This document shows positions 1 through 10,503 of a stretch of DNA of 64,000 nt, piece by piece (positions within the stretch are counted from its first letter, which is position 1; the number at the start of each line of letters is the position of its first letter). The position numbers were made by a program, and so were the translations under genes. This DNA is from a virus. A model generated the notes under the pieces. That model was given only the letters and a program-made list of their open reading frames with translations, was not told where the DNA came from and made no database searches. The DNA is taken from IMG/VR virus record IMGVR_UViG_3300030329_006380, positions 32,001-96,000 of that record; one strand, given 5' to 3'.

Positions 1-428
1 CCAATTTCCTCAACAACCTTAGAAAGCTCATAAAGAAGGTCGTAGTTTTTGGGTTTTTCATATGTCTCGAAGACATGTTCACAAATTTCATTCTTGAGGT
101 GACAATATTCGAGCAGAAATTTTTCTGGGATCATATCAAAAAAGCAAAAATCATCCATGGAAATTTTTGCTGTTGCAAAAGAGAGAAGAAACGCTTTCAA
201 TTTCTTCGTCGCCTTGTTCCACTCTGGTTTTAAAAATTCTGGGCACACTTCATCAAGTTGTTTCCCATTGCAGTATAAACTGGCACACTCAACTTCATGA
301 CCGTTTAGGTGTCGAGTATATTTCCATGTTTTTGTTAATTTTTTTCTAGAAGGTATTCTGGGGTGGATCGATCCATTCATGTAAATGCCGCGGCATTCTG
401 CTTTATTGTCTAAAATCTGAAATAACAC
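1..428 (-). CDS. Hypothetical phage protein, 3'-truncated by the window edge (absent from the ORF track)
   Basis: GTG start at 426-428 with GAGGGA SD upstream; open frame to position 1 reading MLFQILDNKAECRGIYMNG...TWKYTRHL...FCFFDMIPEKFLLEYC...YEKPKNYDLL. Confidence 0.75.
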   Translation of the reverse strand, partial: MLFQILDNKAECRGIYMNGSIHPRIPSRKKLTKTWKYTRHLNGHEVECASLYCNGKQLDEVCPEFLKPEWNKATKKLKAFLLSFATAKISMDDFCFFDMIPEKFLLEYCHLKNEICEHVFETYEKPKNYDLLYELSKVVEEI

Positions 429-438
429 AATTCCCTCG

Positions 439-1779
439 CTATAAATTGACATCCTGCATATAACTCGGGGTGATTATCGATGGACCTCTTATATTGTCGA
501 TGATCTTGCTGTGCCTCGACTCTTCTAGGTACATCTCCGCCCCAAATTTTGCTCGGCGATATCGATTTTCCGAAATCGCCAGCACTTGATTGTCAGTATA
601 GCGCAAAATGTTTCGATATGCAAGAAAAAAATCATTTCCACTCGAAGAAAGTGCTAATTTATACCTCCGAACTATATTTTCTTCCAATATCTGGAGGGAC
701 CTAGGGTTTGGTTTAAATCTGACTTCCAATAAACGAACATGCAGATAAAATAATATCCAAAATATATCTGGGTATTTATTCTCGAATTCCTGCTGACTAA
801 TCGGCTGACGGGGAACATGTGAAGTTGTAGCAGAGTAATTTTGAAACCTTTGAGAGGGGCGCATGGTACCATCAGCACACCCAATTAAATAATTTTTAGT
901 TGCAAATGGAAACTCGTCAACAAACTCATTATACATATCAAAAAGCCCTTGCTTTATTAAAGATATATCTGCGGTATAAGCTTGAGTATAGTAACCACTA
1001 AATAATTCTGTAATGCTTCCTATACCATAAGGCTTCATAAACTCAAACATGTTAGCAGAACTAATGTCTGCTATTAATCTCCATGGACAATTTTTATCAA
1101 CGTAGAAACCAAACTTTCTAGCAGCATTAATATAAAAATTAAATGATGGATCCTTAATATAGTTCCTCATTTTTATCCAATCATCAGACTCAGGATTATC
1201 TGAGATGTCAATCATCAAACCGGAGATCCCAGAAGTACAATACTTAGATTTAATAAAACTGGACTTTGTTAAAGGATGCAACATGGCATTGCTGTATATA
1301 TATTTCCTGAATTCTCTGAAGAAGTCGTCAAACGTTGTAACCTTATTTTGCAACTCAGGATCTTCCATCAAATGGATGGTTGAGAAAGTGCCAATATATG
1401 ATTCCAAGTGATTTCTATAGAATACATTAGAGTTTTCATATGCTCTATGGGGAATAAAATCTCCAATGAAACTCCGTGAAATATTAATTTTCTTTAACAT
1501 CGATGCTTGCGCCATATGCTTACGCAAAGCCATGAAAGCATCAACAACAAAATCTAAGGCCCATAGTGATCTAATACCAGGATGAAAAAGTTTCAAGTTA
1601 TCTGCCTTAGGGTATATTGAATTAAATTTGTTATCAACTTTTCCATATAACGGATTTTCGTACAACAAATCCATCAATAAATATTCTTCAACCAGATTAT
1701 ATGCATTCTCTTGAAAATGCATTCTATTGTGAAAACTATCAAACGCTGTCATTTCATTGGTTGCACTAAAATCAGGCAT
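439..1779 (-). CDS. Hypothetical phage protein (446 aa) downstream of the baseplate hub
   Basis: Long ORF tiling between its neighbours; no motif I can assign. Confidence 0.8.
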   Translation of the reverse strand: MPDFSATNEMTAFDSFHNRMHFQENAYNLVEEYLLMDLLYENPLYGKVDNKFNSIYPKADNLKLFHPGIRSLWALDFVVDAFMALRKHMAQASMLKKINISRSFIGDFIPHRAYENSNVFYRNHLESYIGTFSTIHLMEDPELQNKVTTFDDFFREFRKYIYSNAMLHPLTKSSFIKSKYCTSGISGLMIDISDNPESDDWIKMRNYIKDPSFNFYINAARKFGFYVDKNCPWRLIADISSANMFEFMKPYGIGSITELFSGYYTQAYTADISLIKQGLFDMYNEFVDEFPFATKNYLIGCADGTMRPSQRFQNYSATTSHVPRQPISQQEFENKYPDIFWILFYLHVRLLEVRFKPNPRSLQILEENIVRRYKLALSSSGNDFFLAYRNILRYTDNQVLAISENRYRRAKFGAEMYLEESRHSKIIDNIRGPSIITPSYMQDVNL

Positions 1780-1785
1780 CTTTGC

Positions 1786-4700
1786 TTATCCTTTTTTTGA
1801 TCCCGGATCCCACAGGTCATCCATTCTATGTCCCCCTGGAGGGACTATGTCACTATTATGAGCAAAACCTGGACCAACATCATCACCATATTTCACCCAA
1901 TTATATATGCCTTTTCGCGCTTGCGCGCCTTCATTAGCCCAAAAGTGAGTGCATTCTGCTTCAATCTTTTTCTTGTCCCAGTTGCTGTGGAATGGGTCCA
2001 AGAAACGATTAATTTGATCTCTTCTAGACGTCGCGACCTTGCTTTGATATTTCGCGCTCAATCGCGTTTCATATTTCATAGAATCAATTCTGTGTTCAAC
2101 CTCAAGCACAAAATAATATCCACCCAGACCTAGCTTTCCAGCAAATTGTGAAGCGGCATTGGCCCTGCCCCAACTATTGGGGAGTTTTTCATTAATATAT
2201 ATATACATTCCAGGTTTAAAATAAGCATTTCCATATAAAGTTAAGTCTGCATCATACGGGTCATATATGTGGTCCACACTTCCTTCACTAGCATCAACTA
2301 TTCTTTTCGTGCGAAGTTCCTCAAAGGTGTTTTTCTTAAACTTAATATCTTTTAGAAAGCCACCTGCAACACCCATATCAAAGTGAAAAATTCCATGCTC
2401 TGCATCTTTCTTTTCTTGGCGTGTGAAGCCACCAATATCTTCATTCTCGCCATACAAATATAAATAATAAAAAATATCTTTACCCTTTAGGCGACTACTA
2501 TCATGCGACATGTCTATTCGCGGTGGATTTGGGCGAGCCAACAGGCCAGGAAACTTATGTAAAAATTCATCGTCTTCCGAACCGGCGCCGGGATCCGACC
2601 AGACAGATTGTCCAGGCTTTGCCTTTCGAAGTTGCTTCAATCGCGCATCATCCAAAACAACACGCGGAAGTCTAGGAATTGGATCGCGAGGTGACTTGCG
2701 ACCACTTTCACCGATAATCCCATAAGAAGACATATGCTTCATCATCGGTCGACCGATTTGTTTAACGCCGCGGATGCAGGTTTCGCCTAACGCAGCAAAC
2801 AATAAGTCGCTGGCGCAATTCCTGATGAAATCCCTAAGAGTCCACATGTGGCTACCTTTATCAGTGCACATTTTCTGAAACCATGTCATATAATCTTGCA
2901 AAGATATTGGAAGATCCCCTAGGTTTATGGAGTATGCCATCTGAGAATCTTTCCTATAATCTTTTAAAATTGTATTACCTAAGATAATACGAGTTCTGGA
3001 CATATAATCGCGATTTGGGGGACTTTCCTTAAATAACAATTCCACTGCAGTATCGATTAGGTCTGAAAAATAAACAAAATTAATTCTGCGCATATTCACT
3101 GATTTTTGTTTTGAGACCAAAGCAAAATCTCCCGAATCCTGAGGGGAGTCCAAGCAGGCTTTAATATTGCAAATTCGTGTTTCTTTGTTTTGCGAAGAAT
3201 AATTTCTCATTGTGCGGCAAGCTGATGTGTCTTCTAGTTTTTTATTTTTTCCCTTACCCTTCTTTACTCTCGGCGGTGTTGATTGACCAGCAGCTTTTGG
3301 AGTTTCGGGAGCTTTTTTTCCTTTTTGCCTCTCTTTTCTCTTGCGCTCTATCATTTCGCTAATCGCTCCGATTTTCTCGCGCCACAAATCAACATCTTTA
3401 AGGCTCAAATCAACAAAGTGTATCTTACCATCATCATACAGTTTTTCTAAAATCTTTCTATATTTTCGCATCTGAACTCGGGCGCGCATTTCATGAATCT
3501 GAGCGTCGTCATCAACTTTAATCTTCAATATTTTAGCCAAGCCCTTACGAACTTTAATTAAATTATCGGTACTGAGCCTGTGTTCTTTTGCGGTGCTAAT
3601 TTTTAATTCCATGGCCGAAAGATCCCTTTCTTGCCCTTCTTCATCCAACTCAAAGGTCTGCATGGTATCCTTTGTGTCGTGATAAACTTTTTCCGAATCC
3701 AGTATCCAAGCCGCGGCAGATATATTAATACCTTTCCGGCGCTGATCTTTGGGGAACACCGTATTGAAAAGGCGCACATCCGTGTTCATCATTGGTTTAG
3801 CATCATAATCTTCCGCATGGCCAAATATTTCTGCCGGCACCCAGCGCTTTGGACGTCCGCATTTCTTTCGATCCTTCAAACAACCTTCACCGTCTTGATT
3901 GTCATTTTTTATACGTGATTGAATTTCCTTGGCTATGATCGTGTATAGTCTTTTCTGTCTTACCTTCAATGCTGCATCAAGAGCTTGCTCTTTTTCTATT
4001 TCGTCAGCTTCCCCAGTTGGATTAAAAAGATCAAATCTAGAGCTAGCAAAAACTTGCTCCAAGGACGCTGTAAATTCAATTTTAACTTTGACACTGCCAT
4101 CTTTCCCAATATCAAAAACATGCTTAGAATAGCTCAGCAAAAGACTCGTTGATGTTTTTTTAATTTGCTCTATCAACTGTTTAATGCTTTCTGGTGATTC
4201 TCCGGGAAGAACCTCCATCAACGCGCTTTTTGGGGGTGTGGCCCACCCAATCTCGGCTCGGGTCCAAAAGCTATTACCCAAGGTGCCACCTATAAAATTT
4301 TCTTTCCTTGTTCTTCCATCGTAAACTTGTGTTTTATTCTCCTTGCCAGCCCTCTTCTTCTCGTTGACCGGATCCTTGCCCTGCGGAATTATAATATCTG
4401 AGTGTCTTACCTCTCTCGATTCCCCCTCAGGACTGGTTACTTCACGCACTTTAAAAAACTCATCGATATTCGCATAATACAGTTCCAATTCAGCTTGCAA
4501 AAATATATCAACAGTTACGGGATTTCCCCCCAAATATTTGTAAGAAAAAGATTTGATGCCACCGCCAGATGGGAGATCCTCAAGTGAACTTCTCTCCACT
4601 TGTGGGAACGGTATCTCAAACTCAACAAAATCAGTAGGCTTGCTAAGCTTGTCTTGTTTGTTTCTGGGGTATACTTTAAAGAGCCTTATCTTCGGCACCA

Positions 4701-5304
4701 AAAGTCCCTGCACTGCGGGTGTCAATTTTTTGAATATATCAAAGCCGGCGCTGTGGCCCTCAAATAAACCAACAACTTTCTCGGGATAACTGGCGTCTAA
4801 TAGGGTTATATTTCGTGGAGAAAACGACGGGAGTCCCGAAAAAAACTTGCACATGGAACAACCAGAGATTGATTTATGATGTTGTACAAAATCTCGCCAA
4901 TATGCCATAAGATAACACTGTTCGTCAAAATTTATAGCGCTTTGCGATTCCCGCGCAGAGGAATCGTCCTCTTTCATATCCTCTTCCAGCAGTTCGAATT
5001 CTTTTTCGATCTCGTCTATCGATTTTTCTTTTTCTTTATCAGCCTTAAGAGATTTTTTGCTTTTTTTCTTCCATTTTTGTCTTTTCTTTTTCCCCTTTTT
5101 GTCCTCTGGTGGGGCCAAAGGATCGGCGCCGTCCATTGCACTCACGACATCATCTACATTAGTTCCCTCAATATTCGCTGGCAAGACACTTTCTGGGTCT
5201 TTTTGCGATTGCTGAAGGGCCTTCTGGGTCTTTTCTTTCCGATCCTCCGAAAATCGAGAGGCTCCCATTCTCTGACCATGTAATAGATTCTTATTTTCAG
5301 CCAT
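1786..5304 (-). CDS. Putative baseplate hub protein (gp27/late control D/VgrG-N-like), 1172 aa
   Basis: C-terminal YDADLTLYGNAYFKPGMYIYI...GGYYFVLEVEHRI...YETRLSAKY resembles the hub fold; lies after the tape measure, tube-initiator and LysM genes; SD AGGGA. Confidence 0.55.
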   Translation of the reverse strand: MAENKNLLHGQRMGASRFSEDRKEKTQKALQQSQKDPESVLPANIEGTNVDDVVSAMDGADPLAPPEDKKGKKKRQKWKKKSKKSLKADKEKEKSIDEIEKEFELLEEDMKEDDSSARESQSAINFDEQCYLMAYWRDFVQHHKSISGCSMCKFFSGLPSFSPRNITLLDASYPEKVVGLFEGHSAGFDIFKKLTPAVQGLLVPKIRLFKVYPRNKQDKLSKPTDFVEFEIPFPQVERSSLEDLPSGGGIKSFSYKYLGGNPVTVDIFLQAELELYYANIDEFFKVREVTSPEGESREVRHSDIIIPQGKDPVNEKKRAGKENKTQVYDGRTRKENFIGGTLGNSFWTRAEIGWATPPKSALMEVLPGESPESIKQLIEQIKKTSTSLLLSYSKHVFDIGKDGSVKVKIEFTASLEQVFASSRFDLFNPTGEADEIEKEQALDAALKVRQKRLYTIIAKEIQSRIKNDNQDGEGCLKDRKKCGRPKRWVPAEIFGHAEDYDAKPMMNTDVRLFNTVFPKDQRRKGINISAAAWILDSEKVYHDTKDTMQTFELDEEGQERDLSAMELKISTAKEHRLSTDNLIKVRKGLAKILKIKVDDDAQIHEMRARVQMRKYRKILEKLYDDGKIHFVDLSLKDVDLWREKIGAISEMIERKRKERQKGKKAPETPKAAGQSTPPRVKKGKGKNKKLEDTSACRTMRNYSSQNKETRICNIKACLDSPQDSGDFALVSKQKSVNMRRINFVYFSDLIDTAVELLFKESPPNRDYMSRTRIILGNTILKDYRKDSQMAYSINLGDLPISLQDYMTWFQKMCTDKGSHMWTLRDFIRNCASDLLFAALGETCIRGVKQIGRPMMKHMSSYGIIGESGRKSPRDPIPRLPRVVLDDARLKQLRKAKPGQSVWSDPGAGSEDDEFLHKFPGLLARPNPPRIDMSHDSSRLKGKDIFYYLYLYGENEDIGGFTRQEKKDAEHGIFHFDMGVAGGFLKDIKFKKNTFEELRTKRIVDASEGSVDHIYDPYDADLTLYGNAYFKPGMYIYINEKLPNSWGRANAASQFAGKLGLGGYYFVLEVEHRIDSMKYETRLSAKYQSKVATSRRDQINRFLDPFHSNWDKKKIEAECTHFWANEGAQARKGIYNWVKYGDDVGPGFAHNSDIVPPGGHRMDDLWDPGSKKG

Positions 5305-5320
5305 TTGTTTTCCCTATAAA

Positions 5321-5686
5321 TCACATAAAACTCAACACGCGTTCAAGAGGCAGTGGGATATGAACAAAGTCACCGACCTTCAAATGAGCCTCAGTTGGCG
5401 CGCGGTTAAACCAAGCTATGACCCACCATAAGCTAGGATCGTCATAATATTGATCAGCCAGCTTATAAAGTCTATCGCCAGTAGTCCAAGTATGACCAAT
5501 CAAATCCAGCGTGGTCATTTGATCCACAGTGGGTCTTCTCAAAGTAGAAACCGGCGTTAAATAATGTCGCATTCTCTTTATTTTTCTTTCTTCAAGATAT
5601 TGTTCATAATGTTTTGTATTTTCCGCAAGATTTTCTCTATCCAAAGTCCTGATCCTGCGGCCAGAAAATCGCAATCCATTTGACAT
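5321..5686 (-). CDS. LysM-domain baseplate protein (gp53/P2 gpX-like)
   Basis: HTWTTGDRLYKLADQYYDDPSLWWVIAWFN...LKVGDFVHIP LysM signature; start refined to ATG at 5686 (SD AGGAG). Confidence 0.85.
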   Translation of the reverse strand: MSNGLRFSGRRIRTLDRENLAENTKHYEQYLEERKIKRMRHYLTPVSTLRRPTVDQMTTLDLIGHTWTTGDRLYKLADQYYDDPSLWWVIAWFNRAPTEAHLKVGDFVHIPLPLERVLSFM

Positions 5687-5725
5687 GTTATTTCTCTCCT
5701 CGTGCAAACAACAACCCAGTCACAA

Positions 5726-7951
5726 TTATCGATGTTGCGCCAGATACTTCCCCGTTAAAGCCATTTTTATTTCCTCGTCAAATTCGCCTTCCAGACTCAT
5801 TTGTTTTGATTTGCCCACGTCCACCGACATGGCACCATAAATAGGTTCCCCCGTCACTTTATCTGTTGTGCGGAAATCATACGGAAAATCATAAAAACCA
5901 CCCTCTGGGTCCAAAGCAGAAGGATGCTTCACGCCGGCCATTTTTCTGGACCAGTCTGGGACGCTAGAATTCCATCCCAAAGTAAAATCATGCAACACAA
6001 CAAATGAAAGATTCAGCGTTATTTTTTTTGGTATAAGATATGCTGCCGATGCCTCCTCCACTTGTGATTGAAAGAAACCAACGTCCAAATCGGGGGTCAC
6101 CGATACAGAACTAATAGCCGCCAGCAAACCTGATTTACGAGATGGACTCGTTATCATATTTGCCCAGCCAATCTTTAAAAGTGGGGCTGCATTGATCCTT
6201 GTTGAAGATAGAGACAAGCTGGGATCCCCGAGGCCACGGGAGGCTTCGTAACCAGGATATAAATTCTGAATTAATTGATTGAGATTCTGCATATTTCGAA
6301 TCCCCTCGGAAAATCTATCGGATAATATTTCAACGTCCAGTGACATATTTCTTTTTGTGTTCGAATATGTCATAATAGGATCCATACGGCCATATACATC
6401 TTCTGAATTCCATGCCAATTCATAATTATCAGAAAGTGTGGTAACAAATGCTGTGAAGGCAGCCACGCGGCCTGTTGGCACATGTTTAAACGTAACGTAA
6501 TCCGGTGTTGGGACAATCTTCCCCCGCTTCTCATCTTCATTAAAAATATATTTTACCCTAGGGTGTTTCGAAGAATAACTGGTTGGAGTATGAACGTATG
6601 TGCCTCTTAATTCCGCTTCCTCTAGGGCTTTTCGTTGGCCAGCAGTAACTTCTTGCTGCTTCTTTATTTTCTTGGCTTCCCCCTGTCGACGTTGACGCTC
6701 GGCCTCTTTAGCTCGTTGTTCTCTTTCCCTTTCAGCCCGCAATTCGTCTTCATATTCTTTATTTAGCCTATTTCTCTCTTTTTGTTCGGCTAGCCGCTGC
6801 GCCAAGAGACGCTGTCTCTCTTTTTCGCGGGCAGCTTCTTCTTCCAGTTTTTTTATTTTTTCTTCTTGGGCTTTTTTTGCGGCGGCGGCTCGGGCGCGGG
6901 CTCGGGCGCGGGCGCGAGCCTTTTTATTCACTAAGGCTTTCTTTTCCCCTTCTTCTGTTGCTGTATGTATTGCCATATTTAATGCTACTAGATCTGTAAC
7001 GTCTTTGTCCCCGTCGCTCGCCAAAACTGCTGCGCCGGCATGTGCTGCAATTTTATCCTTTTCTGCTTGAGTGAGAATAACCCTTCCAACCTTTGCGGTG
7101 ATACTTTTCAACTTCGCTCGCTCTTCGGCCAGTTGCTTTTCAATGGTACTTATGGTACCTCCGATATTATCTATACCCGCGAGACGGGCCCTTTTGAGAT
7201 CAATTGATGCAAGATCTCCATCCTTGATCACCAGCGCACCTTCCGCGTCGTCCATGATGGACCGAGCGGTGCCATGCACGTTTTGCCAATATTTGCGGTT
7301 CGTTTCTGCTGCCTTTTCCTCTTCTAGAAGTTTTTCGGCCGCGGCGGCGGCCTCCCTGTCAAAATCCTCTTTAGTGAGGCCGCCTTGATTCCTGCGGATC
7401 AATCCTTGATCAGCTTCGATATTCATGAGATTTCTTTTATAATCTAGTTCCAGTTTCGCATTCAACTCATCGCGCATCCGTTGCTTTGTAGCCTCATCAT
7501 GGCCACTAGTTTCAATTTCAATCGCCGCGGTGCCGGCATCTACTAGTCTCCCGGCTTTATTTAAAAGCTTTCGGGTGCCATACCATGCTGCTGTGGATTC
7601 ATCGGCGAGCCCAGTGACCAGTTGTTCTGTAGTAACCGGTCTTCCACTAAGGCTGGGGAGAATTGGTTGGTTGTAATAAATACTCATCCCCAAGTGCTTA
7701 ACATCTTGCCAATATGTTGACGCTTCGGGTTTTTCTGGAGCGCCAACACGTGCAGTGGCTAAAGTGGGATCAACGACTTTTGGCTTTTCTTCTGATGAGT
7801 CGAGCCCTAAAGAGGCCAAAGCTCTATCCTCCAGATCGCCGCCTTCGCCGGTGCCCTTCTTTGATGGCGTGCTCGCCGATATATCGACTTGAGCATTGGG
7901 GTCTGTGTCCGGTACTTCCCTGCAGCCATATGAATTACATATCAAAGCCAT
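5726..7951 (-). CDS. Putative tail-tube initiator (gp48/gp54-like, CIS tube-like) with a long N-terminal coiled-coil extension
   Basis: C-terminal ~270 aa (AFTAFVTTLSDNY...WNSEDVYGRMDPIMTYSNTKRNMSL) is tube-fold-like; lies between tape measure and LysM genes. Confidence 0.55.
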   Translation of the reverse strand: MALICNSYGCREVPDTDPNAQVDISASTPSKKGTGEGGDLEDRALASLGLDSSEEKPKVVDPTLATARVGAPEKPEASTYWQDVKHLGMSIYYNQPILPSLSGRPVTTEQLVTGLADESTAAWYGTRKLLNKAGRLVDAGTAAIEIETSGHDEATKQRMRDELNAKLELDYKRNLMNIEADQGLIRRNQGGLTKEDFDREAAAAAEKLLEEEKAAETNRKYWQNVHGTARSIMDDAEGALVIKDGDLASIDLKRARLAGIDNIGGTISTIEKQLAEERAKLKSITAKVGRVILTQAEKDKIAAHAGAAVLASDGDKDVTDLVALNMAIHTATEEGEKKALVNKKARARARARARAAAAKKAQEEKIKKLEEEAAREKERQRLLAQRLAEQKERNRLNKEYEDELRAEREREQRAKEAERQRRQGEAKKIKKQQEVTAGQRKALEEAELRGTYVHTPTSYSSKHPRVKYIFNEDEKRGKIVPTPDYVTFKHVPTGRVAAFTAFVTTLSDNYELAWNSEDVYGRMDPIMTYSNTKRNMSLDVEILSDRFSEGIRNMQNLNQLIQNLYPGYEASRGLGDPSLSLSSTRINAAPLLKIGWANMITSPSRKSGLLAAISSVSVTPDLDVGFFQSQVEEASAAYLIPKKITLNLSFVVLHDFTLGWNSSVPDWSRKMAGVKHPSALDPEGGFYDFPYDFRTTDKVTGEPIYGAMSVDVGKSKQMSLEGEFDEEIKMALTGKYLAQHR
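6879..6919 (-). repeat. GC-rich simple repeat encoding (Arg-Ala)5-Ala run
   Basis: GCTCGCGCCCGCGCCCGAGCCCGCGCCCGAGCCGCCGCCGC on the minus strand gives ARARARARARAAAA. Confidence 0.9.
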
Positions 7952-7962
7952 CTCTTATTCTC

Positions 7963-10491
7963 CTATCCGTTTCTCACGGCATTAACTGCTCTCGCAAATT
8001 CTTTTCCATCTAGCATCAAAGTAATATTATATTTTTCAGTACTAAACCCCGAGCCACCCGTGGCTCCTCCGCCTTCGCCAAAGCCAACTGTGGTACCGGC
8101 TGGGGATGCTGCCGCAGGGGCGCCAGGTGAACCAGCAATTAAACTAGTAGCCACTTCAAAAACATTCGCCGATTTGTCAATAACTTTGGCAACGCTGGGT
8201 CGAGCATATTCCGGAACAACATGCAGGGCTGCGGCCATGGCAGCGACACCGGCTGCCAGCATTATAAGTGGTGCACTGGCAAAATACCCAACCAGTCCCA
8301 ATGCCCCTAAAGCAATTGCTAGACCACCAAAAGCCATGGATAATTGACCAATTACGCCAACATATTTTGCCAACGTTGGTAGTGCGCCGGTCAGTGTCTT
8401 GATAAACACCGAGAAGGATACCATAGTAACCGCTATCCCTGCTCCAATTAGGGCGACTGCACCGCCAAAAAATAACATTGGTTTCGAGGCAAGTTTTGCT
8501 CCCAGTGCGATAAGAGCAAAGAAGCCTAAAACTGCAACCCCCATTGCAATAAGGGCAGATTGTGTTTGTTCTGGATTTAGATCCCTAAAGGCCTTTACCA
8601 ACTGTGCAAGCCCTAGAGCAGCAACCGCTACGCCTGCACCCAACATTAAAAAGGCAAAACCCAGAGATAGAATTTGACCTGAACTGGCCAAGAAGCCTCC
8701 CAACTTGCTTCCCTTGCCTACAACAGACCCAACATCCTTTGCGCTCTTAGCTGCCTTAGCAAGCATGAGGCCAGAGAATAGTTTTCCGACACCTCCCATG
8801 ACAAGGGAAAGGGCGACCAAGGCAACCTTGAAAGCAATAAAGGCACCAATAATATCATAAAGGGATATCTTATGTTTATCTAGAAACTTCTCCATCTTTT
8901 GAAACCAAAAAATCAATTTCTCGACAACCATCTTAACATCGCTAACAATACCGGTTCGTGCAAAGGCTCTCTCTATTGCTCGCGTGAGGCGCTCCATCAA
9001 TGGCAAGGCACGGTGGGCTGCAGACATTAATTTCTCAAGTTGTTTTCGCGAATGAGCTTCTTTAGCAGCCTTCCTTTGTATTTTCAACTTCTCTTCGTCC
9101 GTTGTGTTGGAATCCTTCAGGAGAGCGTTCAATCCCTCTTGGCCAATCACTGCAGCGATCGCTTTTTTCGTCAAGTGGTCAGTGCTGCCGGTTAAAAGTC
9201 CGGATAGTCTGATTTGTTCTTTCAAATATTTGATTCTTTCTTCATCTCGCATACCGACCATCTTAACTGAATTTAAATAATTGCCGCCCATCAATTGATT
9301 TAATTTATTTACTTTATCTTGTGCGTCAGAAAAAGTATCAAAACCTTGGGCCACACCAACAAGAGTAGAAACTTCCGTACCTGTTGCTTTTGCTTCAGTA
9401 GCCAAATCCTTAAAAGTTCTTTTCATATTTTTGCCAAAAAATTGCATTCGACCAGCAGAAGTTTGAAAATCCTTGGCCATCTTACCTGCATTAACACCAA
9501 TAGCTGATCCCATGCGGGCCAATTCAACGTTGAATCCCATGGCTTGCTCAGTTGACATACCAAAAGTTTTAGTAAGTTCGGTCATGTTTTCAGCAACCTG
9601 AGCTTCTGACATTCCCATTCTAGAGAGTGCTGTGGTAGTGGTCACCAATGCAGCGGCGCGGTTTGCCTCAAGGGATGAGAACTCTGAATATCCCTCATAA
9701 AGCGCTGCAATGGATTTATGTTGCTCCTGCATATTTGCAGAGATACCTAGGCCGGCTTTGTATGATTGGGCCAGCACCGTATTATATTTTTGCACGCCTC
9801 CAGTCAACCCAGACAGCGAAGCTTCGGCATCAAGCTGGGCGCTGACTGCTTTCCATGTTGCCTCAAAAAATTTCATCATGATTGAGTTAGTGGCAGAATG
9901 AGCAACTTGAAAATTAATTGTACTTTTTGCCAAAGCTTTAAAGCCATTGGCCAAGCCAGCCTCTTTCATTTTGCTAGCAAAGTTATCCAGTTGCGCAAAA
10001 ATGCCCTCATTAAAATTCATTCCCAATAAGCCCATGAAGTTACGTGTGAGGCCCTCAGCGGCGGCCTCCATCTCCTTCATGTTCTTTTCGCCCTCAGCGG
10101 ATAACTCATTGAATTTTTTCATGACCGCGATTTTTTGCGCATTATCTTTCTGCCGAGCTTCACGTTCCTTGCCGCTCATGTCATGAATTTCTACCAGAGC
10201 ATCTCTTTGTGTTAACTGAAGTTCAGTTAATTCACCCTGATGCTCTTCCAACTGCTGTAATATGTCTAGTTGCTTAGCTATTTCTTCATGGTTCATCGCC
10301 AACATGCTAGCTTCTGCTTCCAGAGCGTGCAAGCGCCCTTCGGCGAATTCGCGGCGCTTGTCCATATCCTGAACGGCTCTCTTCGCTAGAGCTTCTGCCT
10401 CTTTCTCAGCTTGATTAGCACGCTCAACCTGTTCTGCATATTCTCTAGCTAGTTGTACTCGAAACTGTGAAGTTGCACTGTCATTTGCCAT
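7963..10491 (-). CDS. Tape measure protein
   Basis: 842 aa, Ala/Gly/Leu-rich and helical, with an N-terminal coiled coil and hydrophobic C-terminal repeats; follows tube and chaperone genes. Confidence 0.85.
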   Translation of the reverse strand: MANDSATSQFRVQLAREYAEQVERANQAEKEAEALAKRAVQDMDKRREFAEGRLHALEAEASMLAMNHEEIAKQLDILQQLEEHQGELTELQLTQRDALVEIHDMSGKEREARQKDNAQKIAVMKKFNELSAEGEKNMKEMEAAAEGLTRNFMGLLGMNFNEGIFAQLDNFASKMKEAGLANGFKALAKSTINFQVAHSATNSIMMKFFEATWKAVSAQLDAEASLSGLTGGVQKYNTVLAQSYKAGLGISANMQEQHKSIAALYEGYSEFSSLEANRAAALVTTTTALSRMGMSEAQVAENMTELTKTFGMSTEQAMGFNVELARMGSAIGVNAGKMAKDFQTSAGRMQFFGKNMKRTFKDLATEAKATGTEVSTLVGVAQGFDTFSDAQDKVNKLNQLMGGNYLNSVKMVGMRDEERIKYLKEQIRLSGLLTGSTDHLTKKAIAAVIGQEGLNALLKDSNTTDEEKLKIQRKAAKEAHSRKQLEKLMSAAHRALPLMERLTRAIERAFARTGIVSDVKMVVEKLIFWFQKMEKFLDKHKISLYDIIGAFIAFKVALVALSLVMGGVGKLFSGLMLAKAAKSAKDVGSVVGKGSKLGGFLASSGQILSLGFAFLMLGAGVAVAALGLAQLVKAFRDLNPEQTQSALIAMGVAVLGFFALIALGAKLASKPMLFFGGAVALIGAGIAVTMVSFSVFIKTLTGALPTLAKYVGVIGQLSMAFGGLAIALGALGLVGYFASAPLIMLAAGVAAMAAALHVVPEYARPSVAKVIDKSANVFEVATSLIAGSPGAPAAASPAGTTVGFGEGGGATGGSGFSTEKYNITLMLDGKEFARAVNAVRNG

Positions 10492-10503
10492 TTAAAATAT
10501 TTC

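Noticed and set aside
1-428. Assigning an enzyme function to the truncated left-edge gene
   Set aside because: Only the N-terminal 142 codons are visible, and they contain no catalytic motif
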